Origin: a virus
Virus record (IMG/VR): IMGVR_UViG_3300034066_002191
DNA length: 64,000 nt
Strand: one strand, 5' to 3'
Numbering within the stretch: the stretch's first letter is position 1; each line of letters starts with the position of its first letter. The notes under the pieces were generated by a model. That model saw only the letters and a program-made list of their open reading frames with translations, made no database searches and was not told the DNA's origin. Positions 51,140-60,507 of this stretch are shown here, one piece after another. The translations under genes and the position numbers were made by a program.

Positions 51140-51376
51140 TTATACAATTCCGTTTTCCTTTAAGTATTTTACAGTATCCGTGCAGCCACCCAGATGGTGG
51201 TCATTCATAATGACTTGAGGAAATGTAGACCCAGTACCAAACTCGGCATAAAATTCATCTCTAGAAAAATGTTCTCCCAAGTTATAAACCACATGATCTA
51301 AATTTGAAAGCTTGAGAACTTGTTTAATCTTGTCACAATATGGACAACCATTTTTGGAATAAACAGTAAATTTCAT
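51140..51376 (-). CDS. Glutaredoxin
   Basis: CPYC active site, TFPQV, LGGCTD. Confidence 0.92.
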   Translation of the reverse strand: MKFTVYSKNGCPYCDKIKQVLKLSNLDHVVYNLGEHFSRDEFYAEFGTGSTFPQVIMNDHHLGGCTDTVKYLKENGIV

Positions 51377-51404
51377 GTTTGTGTGTATTTTTAAAAAATA
51401 TTTA

Positions 51405-51638
51405 TCAATAGTTTGTTGGCTCCTCTCGATTTGTCAAATCGCCCTTTCCTCCTAGAGTTTTGACAAAAAGTTCGGTGAACCTTTCCATTTTAACTGGGTG
51501 AACCGATGCTGGATGTTGGTTAATTGCATTTCTGAGAGTGTTCAGTTCGTTCCATTCTTCCTGGGAAAGCATGATTTCCTTCGTATCATCCATTGCATTA
51601 TAGCACACAGCCATATTATGTATGAGGTTCTTAACCAT
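51405..51638 (-). CDS. Hypothetical protein
   Basis: ORF in operon orientation; the true start may be downstream (a TGCTATAAT lies in the 5' part). Confidence 0.6.
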   Translation of the reverse strand: MVKNLIHNMAVCYNAMDDTKEIMLSQEEWNELNTLRNAINQHPASVHPVKMERFTELFVKTLGGKGDLTNREEPTNY

Positions 51639-51641
51639 ATC

Positions 51642-51863
51642 TTAAGATTTCAAATCTTCAAATTGAATTCTGAAGATTTGCCCATCACAATCTTTGTAAT
51701 AAAGTTGATTGGTCGGTTTGTCCCAACCAATGTCCTCTGGTTTAATATGATCCAAAAATTCTTCCAGTGTGTATTTTTCTGTTTCTCTACGAAAAAACCA
51801 GACATCAAACGGTTTGTTGTCTGGATTCATTACTATTTTTCCATCAAAATTTTTTGGAATCAA
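51642..51863 (-). CDS. Hypothetical protein
   Basis: 73 aa, 4-nt overlap with the upstream gene. Confidence 0.65.
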   Translation of the reverse strand: MIPKNFDGKIVMNPDNKPFDVWFFRRETEKYTLEEFLDHIKPEDIGWDKPTNQLYYKDCDGQIFRIQFEDLKS

Positions 51864-52099
51864 AATAGACCTCCAAAGAAAGACGAACCTCCACCACCTT
51901 CTTTTTTCATTCTGTCTGTAATTTCTTCTATTTTATCGGAGAATTCTTCCATTTTTACAATACGATCAATTCCAATCAAAAGTTCGGAAATGCTATGGCT
52001 AATAGTAGATTTTTCTGATCGTGCTGCATTTGCCAGAGCGGCACGAAGATAACTCTGTGCTTCTTCTAGATTTTCTTTCACATTCTTTGATAATGCCAC
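51860..52099 (-). CDS. Hypothetical protein
   Basis: 79 aa, GTG start; LRAALA.AARSE. Confidence 0.7.
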   Translation of the reverse strand: MALSKNVKENLEEAQSYLRAALANAARSEKSTISHSISELLIGIDRIVKMEEFSDKIEEITDRMKKEGGGGSSFFGGLF

Positions 52100-52166
52100 A
52101 AAATTCTCCTTAACTACATTAATATTTTATCACATCATAAAAATAAGTAAAGTGCGGTTGTCCGCA

Positions 52167-52703
52167 CTAAACCTTTCGAAGTTCAAACGAACCATCACCG
52201 CGATCAATCCATTCCAACTGATCATTTTCTTTCCAACCAACTTTATCTAAGAGGTCATCTGGAAGATTAATGAAACAATCTCCTGTGAGGCCATCGAGCT
52301 CCACCGGAAGAATCCACTTATTCGTGCTTTGTTTGTCTTCCTTAATCCAAAATCCATCTGCAGTCATAGTCCACCCATCAGCAATAATTTCGTCATATGT
52401 TTTTTTATTTTCTTCTGGATAATAATATTCTTCAAAAAAATCATTCCAATCGTTATTAGGTCCGTCATGATACTCTCTTTCTTGAAGTGCAGCCTGGCAA
52501 CCATCTATTTTATCATTATCATTTAATAGAGCAAGGAACTCATATGCCCTACCACAAAGATGTTTATGATAATAATAATTTTCTTCTACTACTTTTTTAA
52601 TTTGTTCGTATATTTCTTCTGGGGGCACATCACTATCAAGTGCATCAAGGAATATGTCCCCAAAATTATTGTAAAAGACTTCGGTGGTAGTTTTCATGAT
52701 CAA
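52167..52703 (-). CDS. Protein with C-terminal AbrB/MazE-like domain
   Basis: DCFINLPDDLLDKVGWKENDQLEWIDRGDGSFELRKV. Confidence 0.65.
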   Translation of the reverse strand: MIMKTTTEVFYNNFGDIFLDALDSDVPPEEIYEQIKKVVEENYYYHKHLCGRAYEFLALLNDNDKIDGCQAALQEREYHDGPNNDWNDFFEEYYYPEENKKTYDEIIADGWTMTADGFWIKEDKQSTNKWILPVELDGLTGDCFINLPDDLLDKVGWKENDQLEWIDRGDGSFELRKV

Positions 52704-52924
52704 GTATCCAATTCAAAATTAATCATTGTAGTGTTTTGTTCTTGTAACAAATCAATTTTATTTTGGAGTTCATAGATAACATTGGAAGTTTCCACTGATT
52801 CTTTCTCTAAAACTTCAATTCTTTTTATGAGATTAACGATCGTATCCATCAAAGAGTACTCTACACCAGTAACTTCATCTGTAATTTTTGCATATATGTT
52901 TCCGTAATCTTTCAGAAAATTCAT
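52700..52924 (-). CDS. Hypothetical coiled-coil protein
   Basis: 74 aa, coupled. Confidence 0.65.
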   Translation of the reverse strand: MNFLKDYGNIYAKITDEVTGVEYSLMDTIVNLIKRIEVLEKESVETSNVIYELQNKIDLLQEQNTTMINFELDT

Positions 52925-53208
52925 GGCTTTTTAATTTGACGAAATGGAATGTTAAGAGTATCTTCGTATTTTAGTGGACAACCTTCAGTTGAACCATACT
53001 TTGATACCCATTTACTCAATAGCATCCTAGCATATTCTGAGCGAATTGAAAATGCTTCTGTTCTGGTTTGGAAGTATTCTCTGGATTTTTTTGGATATGT
53101 TTCTGCCTCTTCGAGCGTAGAATATTCTAACTGCATGAGAGAAAACAAGAAACTATTTTTATTGTTTTCAGTAGGATTTTCTACTAAAAAATCAATCATT
53201 TCCAACAT
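52921..53208 (-). CDS. Hypothetical protein
   Basis: 95 aa, coupled. Confidence 0.65.
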   Translation of the reverse strand: MLEMIDFLVENPTENNKNSFLFSLMQLEYSTLEEAETYPKKSREYFQTRTEAFSIRSEYARMLLSKWVSKYGSTEGCPLKYEDTLNIPFRQIKKP

Positions 53209-53401
53209 AATAAATTTTTTTCTCAGGGTTGTTGAGTTGTTTTTTAATGAATTTGGTCGCAGATTCTAATGAATAAAATTTAATTACCTTTGGGAATAAT
53301 TCCATCTCCATAAAATTAAACCAAAAAAACAGTTTTTTATATTGTGGAAAAAAGCAAATTTCCCCACTTAAATCTGATTTTTCTACTATTCGATATTTCA
53401 T
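53192..53401 (-). CDS. Hypothetical protein
   Basis: 69 aa; MKYRIVE...PQYKKLFFW. Confidence 0.65.
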   Translation of the reverse strand: MKYRIVEKSDLSGEICFFPQYKKLFFWFNFMEMELFPKVIKFYSLESATKFIKKQLNNPEKKIYYVGND

Positions 53402-53607
53402 TGAGGTTGAATGATACCTGGCCTAGTATACTCTACATCATTCCAATGACGAATCACTCCAGCAACAATGAAACAATTTGTAATCAAGTAAGTCAAAAAA
53501 ATTACAGTTCGTATTACTGCGATAATATCCGATTCTCGATCGCATTTTGATGACTTTTCTCCAAGAGACTTTGCCCACCACCTAAAAATAGTTTTTGGTT
53601 TTTTCAT
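53398..53607 (-). CDS. Small membrane protein
   Basis: WAKSLGEK...D.IAVIRT...NCFIVAGVIRHW; one TM segment. Confidence 0.7.
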   Translation of the reverse strand: MKKPKTIFRWWAKSLGEKSSKCDRESDIIAVIRTVIFLTYLITNCFIVAGVIRHWNDVEYTRPGIIQPQ

Positions 53608-53771
53608 TTTTTATTAGAATTTTTACCTAATTCCCAAGCAGTTTTCAACCAATCAATCATAATTTTTTGTTTCCTAAACGGATCTGGACATTGGATATCA
53701 CCAAAAAATCTTTCGGATCTACTAGAAAAACTTTCTATTTCGTAAAACCAATCATCAAAATCATCATACAT
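53604..53771 (-). CDS. Small hypothetical protein (55 aa)
   Basis: Hand-translated MYDDFDDWFYEIESFSSRSERFFGD...WLKTAWELG; fills the gap with coupled overlaps. Confidence 0.65.
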   Translation of the reverse strand: MYDDFDDWFYEIESFSSRSERFFGDIQCPDPFRKQKIMIDWLKTAWELGKNSNKK

Positions 53772-54024
53772 TAGTATTATCTCCTTTTCCTCTTGGTTCT
53801 GTTTTCGATATTCTACAATCTTTTTTATTTAACATATACCTAGAAATATATTTGTCCAAATGCTCTTGGCAAACAAAAAAGCAAGTTTTTTCTTCTTTTA
53901 TATCTTTATGTACAAGTGTCAAAGGAAAGGTTTCATGAAAAGGCAAAGTGTCCAAAACTATTTCTTCTTTTGGTTTTTCTCTTTTACTTTGAGGTTTTAC
54001 TTTAACTGGTTTTTTGTTTTTCAT
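53764..54024 (-). CDS. Hypothetical protein
   Basis: FP..L...KTCFFVCQEHLDKYI.RY. Confidence 0.65.
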   Translation of the reverse strand: MKNKKPVKVKPQSKREKPKEEIVLDTLPFHETFPLTLVHKDIKEEKTCFFVCQEHLDKYISRYMLNKKDCRISKTEPRGKGDNTNV

Positions 54025-54154
54025 TTAAAACAGATTGATAATAACGATTGTAAGCAAGAAAACGATTCATACTAGGAATCACTCCTAATGATTCACAACA
54101 TCTAATATAAGAAACAAATTCAAACCAAGGTGAGGTGGGATCCGTATCATTCAT
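54002..54154 (-). CDS. Small hypothetical protein (50 aa)
   Basis: Hand-translated MNDTDPTSPWFEFVSYIRCCESLGVIPSMNRFLAYNRYY... Confidence 0.6.
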   Translation of the reverse strand: MNDTDPTSPWFEFVSYIRCCESLGVIPSMNRFLAYNRYYQSVLNEKQKTS

Positions 54155-54366
54155 AATTTATAATCTATTTCTCCACCATAAGTAGACATTTCTTCCCAAC
54201 CTTCCTGTAGTCCTTTTAGGTAAAATCGAGTTGCATGAATACAATTTTCTTCGGTGAGACTTGTAATTAATCCTTTTCCTTCTTTGTCATAACTTTTCCA
54301 TGTTCCCCATCGTGCCTTTTCGATGTAAAAGGCACTATCATCAATCCAATTCTTTTGTTGTTCCAT
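54151..54366 (-). CDS. Hypothetical protein
   Basis: 71 aa; CIHATRFYLKG.QEGW. Confidence 0.7.
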   Translation of the reverse strand: MEQQKNWIDDSAFYIEKARWGTWKSYDKEGKGLITSLTEENCIHATRFYLKGLQEGWEEMSTYGGEIDYKL

Positions 54367-54946
54367 AATACATCATGTCCTCACGGTAACGAGTAATAAT
54401 AGCAGAAGCAAATTCGACAAAACTGTCCATATTATTTTGAAGTTGCTCTTGACTTTCATCAAAATTATTTGTAATATTCTCAATCATCTCTTCACTGGGA
54501 AGTTGCGACATAAGAAGAGAAAGCGCAGCAATTAAATACGATGCAATATTGTGTGCTGGACTCACATCTCGCATTGCGAGAATTGCATCAAATGTACTGG
54601 GAATTCCCTGTTCTTCGTCTCCATCTTCATCCGCACCATAAGAAGCAATAGCTCCCATACCACAAACCCAAATCAATTCAAAACACATGAAATTTTGATC
54701 GTCTGGAGAAATCACGATTAATTGGTCTTTAGTTGGAACAATCCCATTTCGCAAAGAATCGAAAATATACTCTGGAATTTCTTCTAATTCAAAATCAGGT
54801 GGAATACATTCTTTGAGATCATGACGATGCATGAGACATTGAATAAAATCATAAGTAAAATCAGTAATTTCTTCTCCTTCCTTTTTAATCTCGTTGATAC
54901 GAGATTGGAGAGATTTTAGGTCAAGTGAATTGGACTCAGTGCTCAT
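54341..54946 (-). CDS. Acidic hypothetical protein
   Basis: 201 aa, D/E-rich. Confidence 0.7.
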   Translation of the reverse strand: MSTESNSLDLKSLQSRINEIKKEGEEITDFTYDFIQCLMHRHDLKECIPPDFELEEIPEYIFDSLRNGIVPTKDQLIVISPDDQNFMCFELIWVCGMGAIASYGADEDGDEEQGIPSTFDAILAMRDVSPAHNIASYLIAALSLLMSQLPSEEMIENITNNFDESQEQLQNNMDSFVEFASAIITRYREDMMYYGTTKELD

Positions 54947-55218
54947 TGGTCTTTATTTTCAGATTCTACATTAACATGGATTGCCCGACCTGTCAACTCC
55001 TTATGGAGCTCCAACGCCAACCTATCATATTTCCACTTCATAAGTAAGTTTGTGATTGGATTTTTTGGATGAAAACGAATCATCCAATATAGTCTTTCAA
55101 TTCTGATTAAGAATAATTTAAAGATAAGATTGATAGCATCAGAAACATTTTTGTCTACTATCATCATATAAACAATTATTCCAAAGAAAACTAAAAGAGT
55201 AGAATAATAAATTTGCAT
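54943..55218 (-). CDS. Membrane-anchored hypothetical protein
   Basis: N-terminal TM segment; HPKNPITN. Confidence 0.7.
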   Translation of the reverse strand: MQIYYSTLLVFFGIIVYMMIVDKNVSDAINLIFKLFLIRIERLYWMIRFHPKNPITNLLMKWKYDRLALELHKELTGRAIHVNVESENKDQ

Positions 55219-55221
55219 TTG

Positions 55222-55410
55222 TTAAAGTTTTGAATTGCCATCTAATGTGTGTCTGATGTTTTGGAGATATTCCAACACAAAATCTTGCCAAACTGTGAGC
55301 TCTTGATCACATTGAAGTTTTTTTGCCCGCATTCGGATTTCACTGTGAGGAGTTTGAATGTCTTCAATAAAAAGATCAATCGCTTCGAGTTGTTTACTTT
55401 GTGTTTTCAT
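55222..55410 (-). CDS. Hypothetical protein
   Basis: 62-aa ORF. Confidence 0.6.
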   Translation of the reverse strand: MKTQSKQLEAIDLFIEDIQTPHSEIRMRAKKLQCDQELTVWQDFVLEYLQNIRHTLDGNSKL

Positions 55411-55573
55411 TTTTTGTTTTGACTATAACTGGACAACTTGGAATAACTTTTTTAATTTCTACTAAAATTTCACTTTTTTGTATTGGTGTGAGTCCAACTA
55501 TTTTTTGTAGTCTGTCAATAATTTGGAGTGCCTGAGAGCAACTTATTATGGTTGCCGATAACAACACAACCAT
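55394..55573 (-). CDS. Small hypothetical protein (59 aa)
   Basis: Hand-translated MVVLLSATIISCSQALQIIDRLQKIVGLTPIQKSEILVEIKKVIPSCPVIVK... Confidence 0.6.
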   Translation of the reverse strand: MVVLLSATIISCSQALQIIDRLQKIVGLTPIQKSEILVEIKKVIPSCPVIVKTKNENTK

Positions 55574-55597
55574 GTTTTTTCCTAATTCTATTTCTAT

Positions 55598-55909
55598 TTA
55601 ATCTCTTCGCATTGAATCATCATCATTTCTGAAGAAATTATAAAGATCATCAACCGACATAGAAGAATCCAAATGGGTGGATGGATCTGGATTACCTATG
55701 TCCATAATCTGCATAAATTCGTCTAGGCTCCCTTCTTTTCCCCTACCCTGTACGGCAATTCTCCTTGCTTTTCTGATAATTTCAGCAGCTGATCGATTCG
55801 CCTTTGACCATTTTTCAGCAAATATCATATCTTCTAGACTGACTTCTTCTCCTCTCTCAATTTTTCTTGCAATATTTTCCAATTTAAGTCTAATTTGAGT
55901 TGAGAGCAT
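55598..55909 (-). CDS. Conserved hypothetical protein
   Basis: MLSTQIRLKLE...V.LEDMI.AEK..KAN...GNPDPS.H. Confidence 0.75.
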   Translation of the reverse strand: MLSTQIRLKLENIARKIERGEEVSLEDMIFAEKWSKANRSAAEIIRKARRIAVQGRGKEGSLDEFMQIMDIGNPDPSTHLDSSMSVDDLYNFFRNDDDSMRRD

Positions 55910-55932
55910 AATATTCTCCGATTAAAAAATAT

Positions 55933-56160
55933 TTATTCGATGGATTTTTTTCTAGTGTGTTTTATTTTAACACGAGAAGATTCGGATTCAACAAATATTG
56001 TGCCAATTCCAGGAGTGGCTCTGTGATTTTCAATGAACTTTTTTGCCTGTAGTTCCGTATTTACGATTTCTAATTGCTGATTATTAAAAATGATCATTAG
56101 CTGCTTTTTCCCATAAGGAATTGCAGCATAATGATCTTGCGTGATAAATCCTTTTTTCAT
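55933..56160 (-). CDS. Hypothetical protein
   Basis: 75 aa, coupled to the HNH gene. Confidence 0.65.
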   Translation of the reverse strand: MKKGFITQDHYAAIPYGKKQLMIIFNNQQLEIVNTELQAKKFIENHRATPGIGTIFVESESSRVKIKHTRKKSIE

Positions 56161-56525
56161 GTTATATTTTTTCGTGGTCTATAAACTTTCAATTCTTGTT
56201 TTACCATTTGAGTTCTCCACTCTTCAATTTGATTAAATCTTTCCTCCGTATAAAATTGTTGCTTTGGATACCATTCATAAAAAGCTGTATGTGCCTTTGA
56301 CCTATTGCAAGATTCACATGCACATATGACATTAGTGATGTGATCGGTACCTCCCTCTGCTTGTGGGATCACATGATCTAATGTTAAATTTTCTTCACTT
56401 CCGCAATAAGCGCATTTATGTTCCCACTTTTCTCGGATTGATTTTCTCCATAATCTTCTTGCTTCTTGTGGAGATGATGTTTCTAAATTGTAAAGGTAAT
56501 CTTCTGATGAATTGTAAAGTTGCAT
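56157..56525 (-). CDS. HNH endonuclease
   Basis: CAYCG...TLDHVIPQAEGG.D...NVICACESCNRSK. Confidence 0.9.
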   Translation of the reverse strand: MQLYNSSEDYLYNLETSSPQEARRLWRKSIREKWEHKCAYCGSEENLTLDHVIPQAEGGTDHITNVICACESCNRSKAHTAFYEWYPKQQFYTEERFNQIEEWRTQMVKQELKVYRPRKNIT

Positions 56526-56608
56526 TCTTTAAATGAGAACTTGTAATATCTAGTAATTCTTTTATCGTAATATAGATGTAGATGAATTCTATATGATAAG
56601 AAATGTCT

Positions 56609-56812
56609 TTATCTCTCTGAAGACTTTGTAGAATGTTTTTTAGCACAAGCACTCCTTGCCCAAGCACGACTTAAACTATTTACATAAGAACAAGATTTTT
56701 GTTTTTCTCCACAATGAGGACAAACAGCATCTGGTGGATCTGAAATGTATCCTTCTGGGGTGTACACTTTCTTTTTTTGATTTTCTGTTTGTTTTCTTTT
56801 TCTGTGATTCAT
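56609..56812 (-). CDS. Small Cys-rich hypothetical protein
   Basis: CPHC...C...C, possible Zn site. Confidence 0.65.
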   Translation of the reverse strand: MNHRKRKQTENQKKKVYTPEGYISDPPDAVCPHCGEKQKSCSYVNSLSRAWARSACAKKHSTKSSER

Positions 56813-57102
56813 ACAATCACTGGTTTTTGTTGTCCTTCTGGGAGTTTTTTCTTATGTGAATTTAATAAGGGAATTTTCCCAGAAGGAAGTCCAATCTGCC
56901 CTGGAAGTTGTTTATCCGTCGTTGAAGTAATATCAATTACTTGATCCATAATAAAGCGATGACGACTATAAGACCTATGATTAGGATCGAATCCAACCAT
57001 CATAATTGCATCATTAACATCGGCACAATGACATATGACCTTACCGTTCCTACGATCTTTCACTATCCAGTATTCGTTCATTGTCTGAAGTATTTTTTTC
57101 AT
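56809..57102 (-). CDS. Hypothetical protein
   Basis: 97 aa, coupled. Confidence 0.65.
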   Translation of the reverse strand: MKKILQTMNEYWIVKDRRNGKVICHCADVNDAIMMVGFDPNHRSYSRHRFIMDQVIDITSTTDKQLPGQIGLPSGKIPLLNSHKKKLPEGQQKPVIV

Positions 57103-57191
57103 TATAGCTCAATTTTGGTGTTGTGTAAAGTCCAGGCCAAGTATCTCTAATAATTTCTGCGAGTTTATAAGATGTTTCTGAAGTAATCATT

Positions 57192-58226
57192 TTATCTAAC
57201 ATGATGTCCCCCAAACATAAATCTCATACCATTCAAGATTTTTGCTCCGAAGGATCCGAGATTGCGTGAGTTAAATCTTTCAAATAAGGCAGTAGTAATA
57301 ACAGGAGCGGGAACCCCCAAATCCACAGCGGTAGAAACAGTCCAACGACCCTCACCGCTATCGGATACGCCGCCAGAGAACTGTTTAAGGCTACCATCCC
57401 TGCGTAGCACATCAGCAGTAAGGTCAAGTAACCAAGACCCAACCACGCTACCACGACGCCATAACTCAGCCACCTCAGCAACATCAATATCATAGCAATA
57501 ACTTTCTGGATCTGCCATTGGAGCGATTTCCGCGTCTCCTTCTCTGATATACTGGGCACCTGCATTAGCGTTCTTGATGATGTTAAATCCTTCTGCGTAT
57601 GCCTGCATAATACCATATTCAATACCATTATGCACCATCTTCACAAAGTGTCCTGCGCCTGGTCCTCCACAGTGTAACCAACCATATTCAGCAGAGGTCA
57701 CATCAGATGTTGGATCCGTTCTATGGCAGGAGTGAATATCTGGGGAGAGTGCGGAGAATATCTTTGAACAAGTGGCGACTGCAGTATCTCCACCTCCAAC
57801 CATAAGACAGTATCCACGATCCAGACCATAAACACCACCACTAGTGCCGCAATCAATATACTGGATGCCCTGCTTTGCAAGTCGTTCTGCTCTTTTCCGA
57901 CTGTCTTTAAAATTGCTATTGCCATGATCAATAATAATATCTCCTTCACCACAATATCGTAATAATTCATTAATTGTCTCCTCTACTGTTTCGGCAGGTA
58001 CAACCATCTGAAAGATTCCTGGTTGCGTTCCACTATTTTTATTTTGCTTAACTACTTTAACAAGATTTTCAATAGAAGTTGCAATACCGTTAACATACCC
58101 ACTTTCGTATGCTTCGTTTGCTTTTTCGTAATTCCTACGATAACCCCAAACTTCTATTCCTGCTTTCATCATACGGCGAGACATACCTTCGCCCATTCGC
58201 CCAAGACCAATCAATCCTACTTTCAT
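57192..58226 (-). CDS. gnd: 6-phosphogluconate dehydrogenase (short decarboxylating type)
   Basis: GLIGLGRMG; IIIDHGNS; DCGTSGG; GAGHFVKMVHNGIEYG; DSGEGRWT; FGGH. Confidence 0.96.
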   Translation of the reverse strand: MKVGLIGLGRMGEGMSRRMMKAGIEVWGYRRNYEKANEAYESGYVNGIATSIENLVKVVKQNKNSGTQPGIFQMVVPAETVEETINELLRYCGEGDIIIDHGNSNFKDSRKRAERLAKQGIQYIDCGTSGGVYGLDRGYCLMVGGGDTAVATCSKIFSALSPDIHSCHRTDPTSDVTSAEYGWLHCGGPGAGHFVKMVHNGIEYGIMQAYAEGFNIIKNANAGAQYIREGDAEIAPMADPESYCYDIDVAEVAELWRRGSVVGSWLLDLTADVLRRDGSLKQFSGGVSDSGEGRWTVSTAVDLGVPAPVITTALFERFNSRNLGSFGAKILNGMRFMFGGHHVR

Positions 58227-58433
58227 TTAATACTCCCAAGACTCGTACTGTTGTCTAAAATAAACATCAACTTTTTTTAAATCATCAAGATGGATGTCAC
58301 AAGTATAATTATGATCATCGCACCATTCTAATGCAAATGCATGTATTTTTTCATCGCTTTTTGCTTTATTGACTCCATATATTCTCGCAAAAGAAGACAT
58401 TACAAAATACCAACACTGGTGCTCTTGTTTCAT
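58227..58433 (-). CDS. Hypothetical protein
   Basis: 68 aa between talC and gnd. Confidence 0.7.
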   Translation of the reverse strand: MKQEHQCWYFVMSSFARIYGVNKAKSDEKIHAFALEWCDDHNYTCDIHLDDLKKVDVYFRQQYESWEY

Positions 58434-59089
58434 TTTTCATCATTAATCACTTTTTCCCAATCTTTTTGGAACAATTCCAATCCTTTATCAGTCATAATAT
58501 TCTTATACATTGCCCAAAATACAATAGGTGGGATTGTAACCACATCTGCACCATTGAGGAAAGATTGTTCTACTTGTCTTACATCACGAAGAGATGCTGC
58601 AAGAATTTGTGTTTGTGAAAATGAATGATCAAATGCCTTACGAATGTTTTTGATAAGTTCAATCCCATCAATTGAATTATCCATCCAACGACCAACAAAA
58701 GGTGAGATATATGTTGCTCCTGCCTTTGATGCAAGAATTGCCTGAGCAACTGAGAATACCAAGGTTACATTAGTTTGAATTCCTTTATTGGAAAGAAACT
58801 TACATGCCTTAAGTCCTTCTACTGTACAAGGAACTTTAATTGTAATAGCAGATGAAATTGAATAGTATTGCTGTGCCTGTGAAAGCATTTCTTCGGCAGT
58901 ATCTGCAACAACTTCAGCAGAAATGCTTTCTAAATTTGAAAATGTGGTGGAAATTTCTCCAATGACTTCTTGAAGTTGTCTACCACTTTTAAGAATTAAA
59001 GTGGGATTTGTAGTAACTCCATCCAATAGTCCAGTCTCATGTGCTGGTTTAATTAATGAAACATCTGCGGTATCTAAAAAGATCTTCAT
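58430..59089 (-). CDS. talC: Transaldolase (TalC/Fsa type)
   Basis: MKIFLDTAD, GVTTNPTL, IKVP, NVTLVFS, YISPFVGR, ILAASLR; start set at 59089. Confidence 0.95.
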   Translation of the reverse strand: MKIFLDTADVSLIKPAHETGLLDGVTTNPTLILKSGRQLQEVIGEISTTFSNLESISAEVVADTAEEMLSQAQQYYSISSAITIKVPCTVEGLKACKFLSNKGIQTNVTLVFSVAQAILASKAGATYISPFVGRWMDNSIDGIELIKNIRKAFDHSFSQTQILAASLRDVRQVEQSFLNGADVVTIPPIVFWAMYKNIMTDKGLELFQKDWEKVINDEK

Positions 59090-59094
59090 ATAAA

Positions 59095-59131
59095 AATAAG
59101 AACTCATCTCTAATTATAATGAGTTCTTATT
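59095..59131. repeat. 13-bp perfect inverted repeat upstream of talC
   Basis: AATAAGAACTCAT-N11-ATGAGTTCTTATT with a minus-strand TATAAT in the loop. Confidence 0.75.
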
Positions 59132-59164
59132 AAAGTGCTAGATTTTGTTACGAATTGAAGATAA

Positions 59165-59875
59165 TCAATATTTTTCTAGTGCGTACATTCCATTTTTCTC
59201 CACAATCGCAGAGCAAGTATCGCACCAATCCCCACAACACATATACAAAAGTTTATTAAAATATCTAATGTTGCCGTGATGAATGTGCCCACAGATTACG
59301 CCATCATATTTCTTATCTCTCTGAATACAGTATGACGCAATATCAGTCTCATAACGATTGATATAGTTTTTGCCCCTTACCGTATTCTTAAGAGCATAAA
59401 CCAAAGAAAATCTAAAAAACTTCTCTAACCAAAAACTTAATGGTGTTATAATCTCATATCCTTTATTGAAAATCAACTGCTTCCAAGAACCAGAAGAATA
59501 TTCGGAATACTTATCCCCATGAACACAAAGAAACTTGTTCCCCTTTGAATCTTCATGAACATATTCATCAACCATTCGGAAGTTCTTATGTTTAAAATCA
59601 CAATACCGACGAATCTGACCTTCGTGATTTCCAAGAATATAAACGACTTCCGTACCTTTCTTGATTAGATTCATAATCTGATGAACACATTCAGTATGTT
59701 CTTTTGTCCAACGAGTATTATATTTTTCCATACAGGCAATATCAATAATATCACCTACCATAACTAACTTTTTTGTTTTTAGATTTTTGATAAAGTTATA
59801 AAATTTTTCTGTGTTACATCTAGGTGTTCCCAAATGAACATCAGAAATAAAAACTGTATCGTAAGTCATAATCAA
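59165..59875 (-). CDS. Calcineurin-like metallophosphoesterase (LpxH-like)
   Basis: SDVHLG, GDIID, GNHE, HGD, GHIH, GDW motifs. Confidence 0.88.
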   Translation of the reverse strand: MIMTYDTVFISDVHLGTPRCNTEKFYNFIKNLKTKKLVMVGDIIDIACMEKYNTRWTKEHTECVHQIMNLIKKGTEVVYILGNHEGQIRRYCDFKHKNFRMVDEYVHEDSKGNKFLCVHGDKYSEYSSGSWKQLIFNKGYEIITPLSFWLEKFFRFSLVYALKNTVRGKNYINRYETDIASYCIQRDKKYDGVICGHIHHGNIRYFNKLLYMCCGDWCDTCSAIVEKNGMYALEKY

Positions 59876-60033
59876 TATCGTGATGGTGTATATTCAAGGT
59901 CTCCAAGAATATCTTCTAGCATTACTCCATATTCTTTAAATCTTTTGTCACCAGCAATAAAACATCTTTGACGCATCCATACCGCATCGGCAAGAAGTTT
60001 TACTTGGTCTTCTGTAAGTGTTATGGTTTTCAT
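59872..60033 (-). CDS. Hypothetical protein
   Basis: Probable start MKTITLTEDQ. Confidence 0.6.
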   Translation of the reverse strand: MKTITLTEDQVKLLADAVWMRQRCFIAGDKRFKEYGVMLEDILGDLEYTPSRY

Positions 60034-60134
60034 AGTTAAAAGGTAACTGTTGTATGTATTAAAAATCTTGTGCAACTGACAATATAAACATAAAGAAACC
60101 GAAGATTATGAAGAATGTGAGAATTAATAGCATT

Positions 60135-60479
60135 TTATCTCTGTAGTCTCATGAAAGGACGAGTATCAGAAAATCCATGCTTAGCATATATTCTTCTCAA
60201 TTTTTCACTATTTGGACTAACTTCTATAGTTGAACCTTTTGGATGCTTAGCAATGAATTCTTTTCCCATTTCTCTTGCTCTTAAAGCATTCCTTCTTCTT
60301 GTTTCTGGATCTTTAGTTTCATCAGAATCAAATGAAACATGATGAGTATTATTATCACCTTTAAAACTATTAAATGTTACTCCACTTTCTGGATCATGCA
60401 TTGACTTATATGAATCATCTCCAGAGTGTTGATATTTTCTAGACTTAGATTCTAAAATAAATTCTCTAAATGTTTTCAT
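60135..60479 (-). CDS. Hypothetical protein with T4 capsid-targeting-like N-terminus
   Basis: MKTFREFILE; late motif at 60502-60508. Confidence 0.65.
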   Translation of the reverse strand: MKTFREFILESKSRKYQHSGDDSYKSMHDPESGVTFNSFKGDNNTHHVSFDSDETKDPETRRRNALRAREMGKEFIAKHPKGSTIEVSPNSEKLRRIYAKHGFSDTRPFMRLQR

Positions 60480-60507
60480 TTATATTAATACTTTTTTTAA
60501 TTATTTA

